Below, piece by piece: positions 1 through 12,279 of a stretch of 63,381 nt of DNA. The notes below the pieces were generated by a model, which ran no database searches, was not told the origin of the DNA, and saw only the letters and a program-made list of their open reading frames with translations. A program made the translations under genes and the position numbers. Source of the DNA: Ionaspis alba (taxonomy: Eukaryota); NCBI GenBank assembly GCA_964255285.1, contig CAXUUL010000022.1, forward strand, positions 1-63,381, written 5' to 3'. Position 1 is the stretch's first letter; each line of letters starts with the position of its first letter.

Positions 1-3000
1 CCCTTTCTCCATTCCCCCGCCCTCCCTCTTCTTCACCCTTCCAATTCTATCCATCCTCTCCTCCGCCGGCATCCCTAACAAATCCTTCACGCTTCCCACT
101 CCCACCTTCCTACCAGGAACAATTTTCATACCCTCGATCTCCAGCGCGGCCTTTCCCGTATCAGCCACGTCATCGAATTCGACAATCGCACCTTGGTGGT
201 CAGGACGAAGAACCAATTTTTTGATAGTGCCGTAGGATTCTAGTAAGGCGCGGAGGCGCGCGTCATTCAGGGTGTCCGGGAGATTGAGGAGGGCGATGGT
301 ACGTGCTGCAATGTCGGTCGGGGATGGGCCTGGTCGAGAGGCGGGTAGCGTGGGGGGGGCTTCAGCGCGAGGAGACGTTGGGCCGTTCGTGGGGAGGCTG
401 GCGGACGGTTGAGACGAAGCGGAGCTGAGAGTGCGAGAGTGGGTGCTGAGAGGTTGGTGGCGTTTCGAGGAGTCGTTGGTGGAGATGGAGACGTGGAGAA
501 GGCGAGATTTGAATTTTGTGAGGTTGAGTTCTTGGGCCGCGGATGCGTCTTCCTGTGATGTCGTTAGAAGATTTGCATCAGCAGTGGAACGTGGGAACGA
601 AGACCGTACCGGAGTGGAGAAGACAATAAAAGCCATGCCCTTGCTCTTACCCGCCACGTTTTTTGGAATTCGAACCCTTTCAACCTTGCCATATTTCGTG
701 AATATGTTCTTTATTTCGGCTTCTGTGGCGCTCCAATCGACGTTTGAGGCGTACACTTCGCGACCATCGTATAGCGCACCGCTTCGGTTTTTCTTGATAC
801 TGGGGTCTGAGATCTTAGCCACGAGTCTCAGGTTGTCGTCTATGGAATGATTATCGAGCTCGGTAGCGGCCTGAGCTTGTTGTGATGAAGTGAATTGGAC
901 GTAACAAAATCGGCGGTGGGTGTTGTATTTGAGTGACGGAAAGCGGACGTCAATGATATCGCCGTACTATTTGACCGGTCAACGGCAATACGATAATACG
1001 AACAAAGAATGCTTGACAGACCTTGCTAAAGAGTCTTCTGATGTAGCCTTCGTCGGCAATAGAAGGAAAGTTCGTTACGAAAAGGGTGGAGCCCGTGCCG
1101 ACATGAACTTCAACAGTGTTACCCTCGAAAGTTTTCATGTCTTTGGTCTGTGCCGTGAGCACATCTTCCTTGGAGTCGAATTCGATGGTAGCAGTAGTAG
1201 AGATTCCGTTCTCGTCCGGAATGAGCTTCAGAGAGTTGATTGTGCCGCACTATGCAGCATCCGTCAGTATGACATCCATCGTGAACGAAGTCCAGTTTCA
1301 CCCACATCTCTAAAATACTGCCGCACCTTCATCTCGGTGGCTTCCAGCGGCAGATTGTTCACTATGACTGTTGAGTTCTCTCGATCCCGCTTCAGTAGTG
1401 ACTTTGTCGAGGGTACTACGTCTACCATTTCAGCGTTCGCGGTCTCGACAACCTCAGCCTTGGGCTTCTTCGCTGTTGCTTCGTTGATAATATCTTTATC
1501 ACCCTCCCTCTTCCTTTTGCCATTGTAATTGATTTCTTGTGGTTGGTCTCCCAACCCCCGGTATACCTGACTCTTTTCCAATACTAGTGCTGCTTCTTGT
1601 GCCTCCTTCTCACGCCGTTTCTTGACGATTTTCATCGCCTTGCTAATCTGAACCACAGCGGATTGAAGCTCTTCCACACTCTCATGATCTTCACAATGAA
1701 CAGTGAATGACTCCATGATCTTCTCAGGCCAATCCATTTTCGTTCGTTTGAGAGCATCTCGCAGAACTTTCGTGGCTTCCACGGGTGTCTGTGTCGGCAA
1801 AACATTGTTGGCCTGCGCGACTCTACCCCATGTAATCATCTCCCATCCATAATACCTCATCCAAAACTCATAGCCGTTCCCATGACGAGATATCAAGCTT
1901 TTCCAGGTATCTCGAGCAGCCTCCCATTTCTGACTTTGACTGAGGTATTTGATGTAGATCCGCTCAAGTCGGTATTGTGGGTCGCCTCTGTATTCATTAC
2001 CGTACTTCTGGCGTCCTAAGGTCTCCATATCTTCGATAGCAGACCTGATGCCGACTTCCGCAACGTCGACTTCCTCTTCCGTCGAGTCTGGTAGAAAAGC
2101 TCGTCGCCTCAAGAATCCGCACCAAGCGGTATGTACCTTCAAGACTTCTTCCATGCCACCAGCATCCAGGAGCCCGGTACTTGTGGCTTTGTGCTTGATG
2201 TGACCAATATCGGTGAAGAGTTGTTTTTCTCGCTCAGCAGCCTGCAAGAATTGAGACCAAAGCTTGCCGGACCAGGGACAGTGTCGTGTGGCTCGCTCCA
2301 ACACAGGTAGAGGCGACATATCGTGCTTGATATGCTCAGCCTCGTCAACGAGAAAGACCAGGTAATCGTCCCACAAGTCTGTGTCCGTTGGGAAGCGAAT
2401 GATAGCACGTTGATATAGCGCGTTAGCCAGTGGGAAGCTGAATAGTTTCTTCTTCCGATTCTGGGAAGGTTCCCAATCTAGATACTCGTTGAAAATAGAC
2501 CATTCAGTAGTCTTGTTCCCGGTCTCTACCGCCTTTTGGAGCTTTACCTCGAAGAGCTCGCGTACTTCGTACCTGCTCTTGGCATCTGCGCTTTTCCGGG
2601 TTACAGAGACCATCGTTTCCTCGTAATTGATATTGTCATATTTGGTCAAAAACGATGAGAATGCTTGGAACGTTGAATTCCAAGTAGTGTGAGGAGTCAT
2701 TAGTCGCTCGGTGTAGTGGTTTCGCATCAAGGAGATGGCGTCCTTCGATGGACACTGATCCAGGTCATGTAGTAACAAAGCTGTGTATCGATCCCAGATG
2801 ACATCACTGTCATTGATTCGGAACTTGGTCTGTTCAGCACCTTCCTTCCAGATTTCCAGCACTTGTGCGACGCCAAAGACTTCTTCAGCTACTGCTCTGT
2901 CCTCCTCGGACCACTTATCCACCCTCTTCGATTTGACGTCGAAGGGAAAGGGCATCGGATCCGTGGGGTGGGCCATCATGTACAGTGACACCATCCAATC

Positions 3001-3918
3001 ACCATATATGCCCCACAGCTTTGTGCTTCCAGTCTCTTCGCTGACTGCTTTTTGGCATAATTCCATAACACCCAAGCAATCTTCCAAGCTGCTTGCAAGC
3101 AGTTGTTGATCTTGTATTCTGCTCACCCATAGATCTTCACCGAGCGCAAATCGCGCATCCATAGCTTCGGTAGCCTGCTTCAGGTCTTGTAGGAGTTCAT
3201 AGCTGAATGGATCGCCTTCACTAGAAGATGTGGAGGTCTTAGAGACATGCGCGACGAGACCTTGATGAAGAAGAGAAACAAGCTGAACGTGAGATTCGTA
3301 GGCATATGGATTCTCCGCAAGATGGACAACGAGCTGTGCAATTGTTTGCAACTCCGAAGCTGACAAGGATGCAGCGACAAAGATTCGAGGAGATGGTGTT
3401 TGTGCTGGCGCGTCGGTCATGCTGAGATCCAAGGAGCCCCGAGAACCACGAGATCCTGAATGCCTCCCTGCCATTGACTGTAGGCTTGGTCGCATCGGGC
3501 TGGACGTCAAATGGTTTTCTAGCATTTCCGTGTTTCGTAGGCCACCAGCACTTACCCTGGCTGCCTGCTGATGCTGTTGCATCGACGCAAGATCTGCCAG
3601 AGTATCCATTCCTGAAGTTGACGATTGTCGATGCAATTGAGGACCGTCCGTAGGCGGTGTGTTCATCGCACTCTTGCTAGAAACGTGCACGGAGCCACTG
3701 GACGATGAAGAGTGCATGGCTGGTCGACTGATGGTCGTGCCGCCATATAATGGAAACTCTGAGGGTGCAGGGGTTTTCGACAGTGGTGATGCTCCAAGCT
3801 TCTGAGCAGCTGTGGATGCCTTCGTTCTTCGTGGCTTCTTCGCCGGGACCTTGGCAGGCGGCGTTGCCGTCGTCCGAATAGGAGCATTCTGAGGTGAGAG
3901 AAGGGAGTTAATGTCCAT
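1..3918 (-). CDS. PRP24: Prp24/SART3-like U4/U6 recycling factor (HAT repeats + RRMs); 3' end runs off the window start
   Basis: 884-aa ORF with HAT-like helical repeats (LYQRAIIRFP..DLWDDYL, LERATRHCPWSGKLW) then RRMs (TVIVNNLP, TLFVTNFP, FCYVQF); introns inferred at 1250-1305, 967-1021, 553-609; frame open to base 1. Confidence 0.9.
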
Positions 3919-4748
3919 GGCTTCTGTGTGACCTCAAAATTCAATGAAGAATAGAAGTGGGAGCGGCAGCTTGCGGTATTGCCAGATGTGGAGGCTTTTG
4001 TTGCGCAGTCGGCATGAGTACAACACCAGTGGCTAATCTGTATCGAAAGATCATTGGGGAGATCGCCAGAATCGAACTGTAGAGTGAGAGGAGTGGAATA
4101 CTCGTCGAAGTGCTTCCCCTCGCCAGGGATTTGGACTCCATGCACGCGTACTATGCTAATTCGAGGAGTGTGACTTGGAGGAGTGGTAGGGCTGAGTCTT
4201 CGATGGAGATCTGCAATTCCGGTGGAAAAGCAGTGGAACATCCATGCATCCGAGCACACCGGCGGCCCAAGAGTGCCAAAGGCAATTTGACGATACAGGC
4301 AGAGCTCTACAGGACAATTGTACAATAGGGACAGCTAGGGGCTCACCGAGAGTTACTGTAATAGATTTGCAAGCGTAAGGTATCTTTCGTTCCCCATCTC
4401 CAAGGCTTCATCGAAGCAGGAGCGAAATAACCAATGACGCCATTGTTTCAAGATTCGGAGATCGGTAAAGCCAAGTTGCAACCCCCTGTCGGCAATCTGG
4501 TAACGATGTCTCGCATTGTTTACTATCAAAGCCGCATTACTGTTATGCTGTGAGTTGACATGGCCTTAGGACAGCCTTTGGTTGAAAAGAAGGAGTAGTA
4601 CTTCCCCATCAACCGGTGGGGAGGATGCTAAGTCGGCCGAGACGAACATGTCTTCTACAAGATGTGTGATGGAGTTGTCATCTGCAAGATGAAGAACCAC
4701 AAAGTCTCGTCTATCGAGAAATGTAATAAGCTGATGACCTCCAATGCG

Positions 4749-6449
4749 CTATGCCTTGATTGTATCAAATTTGCTCTTCGCTCTAATTTGAGGACCAGAT
4801 CTGTGGAGCACCCATGGTATTGGCAGTAATCCAACTGAAATAAATCCAAGAAGGCTTGTCGCCCAGCCGATGCCAAGTCTCTCATACACTGCATTTCAAT
4901 GTCAGTCCACAGTCATCAATTCCGGGAGGATAGCCAGCGAATCGTCTTACTTGGGATTACAAATAGTGGAAAGGCTGCGGCAGATATGTATCGCAGTAAT
5001 CCATTCGCTGCTAAGGCTGATGCCCCACCCATGGGACCATAGGTGTCGACTAAGTAAAGCGCTGCCGAAGTCTGCCCGTAAACTAGTCAGCTTCGATCCA
5101 ATCAAACGGACAGACTGGGTACTTACAAACACACATAGATTACCCCATGCAAAAGGTATGATCGCCATGACGGGACTGATCCAATGAATATCTTTGCGAG
5201 CGGTCCACGCGAACCAGAATAATCCAACAGGAACACCCAAGCTGCCCAACATGGCGGCATATAAACGATGCTCTGGTGCCACAACTCCACCGCTCCCTGC
5301 CTTACGACTCCTCTCGTGATGTTTGAGGAATGTTAGACGATCAACGGTGATTATTGTTACGATTGAGAGCAAGCAGCCAACGAAAACAGCGAGCCACGTT
5401 AGACCCGCATGTCCGCGATCGAAACCGTAAACACCTTCAAAGACTATGGGAAACGCATCGAAAAAGCCGAACAGAACGGAGAAATTAAATGCGATGTAAA
5501 GACTGAAGAAGCCCACGATAGGATCAGTGAATGTCATTTTCACTGGCCGGAAGAGCGTGACCGTAAGCAGAAACTTCAGGGCTGCCGAGCCTGCTGGACC
5601 TGTCTTCGGTGGCGGAGGAATCCCGAGTCTTTTAGCCCTTTTCTGGAGGATGATCTTTTTGTACGTCTCCTTCATGAACAGGCTGTATATAAAGGTAGCC
5701 ACCGACATGAATAGAAGGGCCCATTGTGTCCACCTCCATCCCTTGACCTGAGCCGCATATCCACCCAATAGCGGGCCGAAGGCAGGGCCAGCGAAGGGGG
5801 CCAGCAAGAAGAGCGAAGTAGCGACGGCACGATGAACAGACGGCCAAATATCTGCGCTTGTGCCAGCACCAACGGCAAGCGTTGGCGAGCCAAAGAAAGC
5901 TGCAAAGAATCGGCAGATGGCTATCGAGGCAAAGGTCTGCGAGAATCCTGCTCCAAGCGTAAACAAAGCCGACAGTGGAAGAGAGGTCAGATAGACTGCT
6001 CTTCGGCCAAGAGTCTCGGAAAGTGGAGCAGCAAGAACTGGACCGAATGCTAGACCAAGCACGTAGAGCGAGAGGCCGAGCAGTGCGACTGTGGATGAGA
6101 CTTGGAACTCTGCCTGTATATTTGGAAGTCCGGGTGTGTATATTGAGGACCCAAGGGTTACGAGGAAGCACATCAAAGCCGGGACTGTGGTGTGATATAT
6201 GCGCCCAGCTCTTGACCAGTTCATAGGATTCTCGGGGTCGTTGGGACCGCTCCAGTCTTGGGCAGTCATGGTCTTGGTAATGTTCTCGATCTTCTCAACC
6301 TGCGCTTGAAAGCCGCCAAGGCTGGGCCCTTTCTCGAGGTCCAACTTATCGAGAGCCAAGCCATTGGAAAGGGTGGAAGCAGCTTTCCCAAGGTTCGTAT
6401 TGGTATTCATTTTATGCACAGATGAGCTGAAAAATGATGTGCTTGGCAT
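4749..6449 (-). CDS. MFS drug:H+ antiporter (DHA1 family, Tpo1/Flr1-like)
   Basis: DW.GP.DPENP.NW N-terminal motif, motif A (PLSETLGRR), multiple hydrophobic TM segments; two introns (5072-5126 and about 4890-4950) give C-terminus ...GIGWATSLLGFI...KFDTIKA*. Confidence 0.92.
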
Positions 6450-8483
6450 AAGGAAGACTTGATTTATTTCGAGTTCTCTGGAAGCGATAGGAGATAGGAA
6501 ACTTAAATCACTGGCTTGTATATCAAAAGCTCATTGATTCGAGCATTGATCGGACATATCAGAAGGCAAAGTAACAGTATACGGTGGTGACTCGAACAAC
6601 ACCGCATCTCGGACAAACATCATGAAGCAGTAATCAACGGTGATTACATTTCTGGATTCCTCGGCCCATATCCCTCGGTTAAAGATGAGTAAACAAGGCC
6701 ACCAGATAAAAGCCGACCATATGCCACCAACTGGACCACTTCAGATCAGCCTGGCTAGATTTAGCTTGGTGATCTGCATTGTCAATGTCCGGCATAACTG
6801 AACTCCCGTTCGAAAAGCTTATTCCAGGAATACAGAGGACATAGGGTTCCATTTGCCAGCTTGAACGCACCGAAACATGGAGAGAGATTACCCAACGATA
6901 ATGAGCAGTAAACCACGATCTACTTGCATGTGGTTCAGAACAAACTAGTCTTGTCAGCTCAGACTGAGGACGTGCAAGATGACAGGGAGCCGGTGCGCAA
7001 GGGTTCACGCTTGTTCAGTCAAGATGCCGAGTGTAATAGAGCAGGCAATGATGAATTGCAGCTGGCCAACTGGAGTCACGGGGAAGTCGGCATACGTTTC
7101 TCGGCCTTGTGTTCATGTTCATGGCTTTGGAAAGGTAACCTAAGAGCAAGGTCAATTACAGGCGGTAAAGACGCAACGATTACGGGCTAATACCGGCGTT
7201 TAGTATCTCCGATCCGGCGGCTATCGGCAAAGCATATTCTGACTGCGGTCGAACAATGTTCCGGGCAGCAGGGATAGAGAGTGATGACGGTATTTGTAAA
7301 AGTTGGCTATTGGGCCTGTATGGTACGTTGCATACATGCTGCACCTAGTGAACCTCATTGTTGCCTCTTCGTTTTTCGTCACGCAACATTAGCTCGCCGC
7401 TTGGAGCCGTATTACTCATTTCGGACGTAATGGATTGCCTACCTATTCCCTTTTTCTGCATCCAATGTGGCACAGATCAGAATCCGTGCCATATCAAGGT
7501 CGTAGGACCAACTCTAGGTAGGATATAAGTCGAAGTGATTGCAGCACGATATTGACCTGCTCATAGGCTTCTTCGCTTCGGTCGCTGCTGCTGTAAGGTC
7601 AACTCAATAGCTGGGGTATTAAATGAAGAAGTCCCCGGCATAGCTTTCTTAGTAGATTGGCTTATATGATGACAGATTATATGCTGGCCGAGTGCTCTTT
7701 TTTGTGGCTGTTGTGCCTCTGAATTGGGAAAAAAGTAAGGAACAGCAATACAAATGATAGAGACCAAGAAGCTAGAAACATGCTAACAAAGCTTGTGAAA
7801 TGAGTAGAATGCTAGGATTCCCAGTGGAAGTGAATGGATCGGTCAGCGATGCCATACCTTTCTGAAGTAAAGACGGGAGCTCGCATTAGAGAGAATGTAA
7901 GATACGGAGCCAATGATTGGGTCTCTACCATCAAATACTGGCTGTATGCACATGATCAGCAGGCTATCCTGGCGAATTGCAAACAATGGAGTCTTCTAGC
8001 TCTCCAATGCATACTTCTAGATGCTTGGTTGATACTTTTCGTGTATGACGGGGGAGTAGTGAGTGTTGTGGAATCTACTATATTCTGAAGCCTAAACGCG
8101 AGTCACCAAATCTTACTATCACCATCGAGATCTTGCATCCTCTACCTCCGCACAGCACGCTGAAACTGCGATTCAAATTCTGATGTATTGCTCCTTACGG
8201 GCTATCGTTGAGTCGTTGCTGCTGCAGAGCGGATCCTTTGTGCTGCAATGGTGTGGGTTGTGCCGGGTGCTGGCTCTCTTCGCCTGGTAGATCTCATATT
8301 CACACGTCTCACTTCACTCCAGTCTGCCTAACCAGCCACGCAAATTACTTCGACCCCTGCCTTTCCAACCACAGAGCTACAACTTCGTCCCACCCACATC
8401 TATGCACTTACAGCTTGACACATCTGTGCTATCCAACAAGCTTCGAGTGCTTCGATCCTTTGATGTATAGATCTCTGTACGAC

Positions 8484-10972
8484 ATGAGCCAAGACGAGAT
8501 GAATAAAAGCGGCTCGCGAGGTGGGTGTTGCGTTGTTCATACCAATCTACATGAATACTGACACTCTAAGCTCCTTATCCTCACTGGTACTTGCAACGGA
8601 TGTCGTTCGACCAGCAACACAACCTAGATATATCCACAGGTACAGCTCGGATCGGTAATGAGATCTAACTCCCTACTCTCACGTTACCTGACTAACCATG
8701 TTATAATCTAGCACCAAGCGTCCCGGTCCAAGAAGCCACCTACAGCATCATGCAGCGCATCGGTATGCCAGGGTCGTCTAACGGTTGTCCTCGTCCGGAC
8801 GTTTCTGCAGCAGTGACTCAGCCACGAGAGAACTTCGGGGCTAGTATCATGAACGCAACAAACCCTGTTGAGATCCAAGAAAAAGCAAAGGGAATGTTGA
8901 ATACCGTGTTCTACTTCGATGTGCTCAAGTACTCCGTCGGTTATGAACATGCCTTCGTGGAGAATCATAGTCTTACGAAGGGCGAACTTGACTATCTTTG
9001 CAAACTCAAGTCTGGCCCTGTTCGACCCAAGCCGAGGAATATCAACTTCACCTACATTGGAAGAACTAGCTCGAACCCGCGTACCGACTTTGCAACAATC
9101 TCCCACCAGGATGGTCTATCTGAGACTGACAATTACTTCGAGACTGACCTAACGAGTCAGTCCACTGACACCACTGCCGTAACAGAGCGCCAGCTTGAAG
9201 CTCACGTGATTCAAAGTCATGGTAGTCATCTCGCGCTCGAGCACTTCCCTCTTCCTACCACTGAGCCTGCAGAGCAGTCGGCTTCATACCGCAAAGACTC
9301 TGGTATCGTCATGGAATCAGATTTTGCAGAGGAAATGGGCAGGAAGTCACCTTTGGCGTCTGCTTCTTTCCACCAAGCGCACTTCCAAGCCGGTGCTGAT
9401 GGAGAGGGACATGCAGGTGATGGTGCTATGCCCATTGAAGACCCGCAGACCACACAGCCGGCCGTCTGCGAAATTCCAGGAACTGAAGCAGCACCACTCA
9501 CCAACAAGAACGGTTTCCTAACCGCAGACGGTGTGGTCCACCACTTCGGACCCGCCGCAGATACAAGATTCGTATATAGCTATGCCTACCATCTCGGTCA
9601 TAACGAAGGGTGGACGGACGGTCTCATCCATGGGTCGCCCTGTATGAGTTGTCCCGAAGCGGCACAATTCGACATCAACGTAGCAGAAACCGCGGTCTCA
9701 TCTGGGGTGCCGCACAGTCAGCTAAAACAGGAAAATCAATACCTCTCCATACCGTACCACGCACCCGCGACGACCTCGTTTGGCGTTTCACAGAATCAGT
9801 CAAACGCCGGAATGGGCCCTGCGAATAGTCAGATGTATGTTCCTAGTTCCGAGGAAGTATCCTTCGTCACAAATGATCCAGGAGCTGCCCATTGTGGTCT
9901 CTATGACTTCAACACCATAGTACCAAGGGAAAGCGATACGGAGAACGATGCTACGACCGCAACGCCAGGCCATATTCTGAATCGTCCGACGCCTTTCGTG
10001 CCATCGGGCAGTGCTTCTATAGCACCGCTGCGTACTATGGACTATGGAGTATCTGCTTCTGCCACTTCTTCATTAGAAGCTGCTTCCGTCGCGCCTTTGC
10101 ATATGATTGATCACGGCGGGACCGTATCTGGTTTACTGGAAGGCGATACAGTGATCAAGCCATACCTTCCTAGCCATTCCAAGCCCGCCGACCACCCGAA
10201 AAGTGATAGCAACGTGTTCAAGAACCCCAGGCCGCGGTGCGCTTCTTCGCGCTGTGCACACATTGCACCTCGTGTTCCCTCGCTTGAGGCCGAAGGAACT
10301 ATCGTGGTGGAAGCTCCTCGCTCTGGGGAGAAACGTAACACTAAGGAAGCTGTCACCAACCGTGGGCAAGAATTTGCAGGTGTCTCAGCAGAGTCGTCCC
10401 GACTTATTGATAATACAGCTACTGAGTCTGCCGAGAAGCTAGCGAAGACTAGGAGACGCCGTGTCGTGGCTGGAAAAACTCCACGGCTGTCTACTAGTAA
10501 TGCTGATCGAGTTTTCACCACTATGCCAGAACTCGACGCTGTCGACTCTGAGATCCTTCAGACCGTCGCGTTTCGACCCAGCATCGACAAAGCTCGAGCA
10601 GAAGGTGCGAGCGAGCCTCAGTCTTGCCTTGACAGAGCCGAGTACACTACCAAGGACGAAGCCAATCTTAGCGGTCAACCTCTGCCTGAGCCTGCCTCGC
10701 CTCTTACGCCCCGTAAGCGTCGTGCTCTCAACGAAATGGAGGGCCACCGCCCCAGCATCAATTCTGGGCATACGACACCTACGAAAGAGGCAAAAACTGC
10801 TTCGAAGTCTGGTCATGTGATATCGGTACCATATGACGACAGTATCAAGGTGCCGGTCCCTAAGCTTAGTGCTCCACCGAGGAAGAAGGTAAAGATGGCC
10901 GCTGCACGGAATGATGACAACCATCTTTGCGCTCCTGGAAGGCTTGTCCGTCGCTCGAAGCGTAACTCGTGA
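8484..10972 (+). CDS. Hypothetical (orphan-like) protein, about 790 aa, low complexity, basic NLS-like C-terminus
   Basis: 740-aa ORF extended upstream by two phase-1 introns (8521-8570, 8640-8711) with CTGAC/CTAAC branch sites that keep the frame; alternative ATG at 8463; no domain recognised. Confidence 0.7.
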
Positions 10973-11421
10973 AACAGCCTCCGAACTGTCTGTGCTCTGG
11001 TGAGAACAACTCTGAGAGGCTTTACAAAGATCCGTATGTTTTGTTCATAGATGCTTTTGAACATTGAAGTCTGCCATGATGTTCTTTTACAGTGGGCAGG
11101 GGATTTGAGATGCTTTGTATGTTGTGGTGAATTGGTAACGAAGACTCAGCAGGGTCAGTTGTCACTAGAACTTCGAGTGAAGGTAAAGCTCTTTGTACAA
11201 TGATGGTTCGTGCTCTCTCGTGCATTTTAGTTTGTTTGACAGACCAGCTCAGTTCACACTCTCTAGAATATGTTGTTTGCACGATAGGTTATTTTAGTTG
11301 TGTTAGATGTTGCCATGAACTTTGATTTGTGACTCGACGGTAGCCTCTCTTATCGATACATTGACTAAGATACACTTTTCGGACTCTTCCCTCAAGCATC
11401 GAGAGAACTCACCCTACCATT

Positions 11422-11823
11422 CTACTCAACCTGCACATCTTTCGAGGTGTCGAGCTCTTCATGGCGGAGGACCTCGATGGGCTTTTCGAGGAGCGGGACT
11501 ACATAGGGATCGAATGTTTTCCAGTACGGATTCTCGAGGTGGTATTTCTGGCTCTACATGATTCTTAGACGAATTGCAGGATGCAGAGAAGCTTCATATC
11601 CCCGGCTCGATGGCAAAGGATATCAATCACTTACCCCTTCATTTTCGAATCTCTCCACAATAGTGAATTTCCTTGGATCATGCACATTTTGCATGACCTC
11701 CCATGCCACTGTTTCCTTGTCCTTGCGGTAGATGCGCGCAGCTTCGATGAGCTTGTTCTTGACCTTCAAGATGCAGGCTTCGTCGTCTTTGCAGTAGAGG
11801 TGGCAGACGAGTGTGTAGACCAT
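11422..11823 (-). CDS. Small ABM (antibiotic biosynthesis monooxygenase / dimeric alpha-beta barrel) domain protein
   Basis: MVYTLVCHLY...YRKDKET..W.VMQ..HDPRKFTIVERFE, intron 11554-11634, then SQKYHLENPYWKTFDPYV...VE*. Confidence 0.8.
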
Positions 11824-12279
11824 GATGACGAGCCAACTGGCAGATATTAGATCTTCGACGGGTCCTTTGAAATTGCTGAAGAGGATTGCATGTATTTGAT
11901 GGACGGATTGGAGAATTTAAGATCGCGGTGCACACGCGGGGCCACTAGGGCTTCGCGGCGGGCCGATTGGCATGGCCAGGCGGCTGCCACCCAGCCTGGG
12001 GCTCCCTTTGTGGCTGCAGGTCTACAGTGTCGTGGAGAGTTGCAGCGTCTCCATTAGTAGTGCCAATGATGCTTCAGTGCCGTAATATTCCATAACGATT
12101 GTGCTGTCATCCGCCTCGAAGGGAGATTAAGGCTAAAAGCTCCGATGACAAAACTCCCACACGCTTTACCTAACGGAGAATAGATGTTTTCTCGAGGTTA
12201 TTGGCCGACTCAGAACACGGACTTGACTTGACCAGATCCACGAACGCCTTCTCCTTGACGCCAGATCGAAAAACAATTG

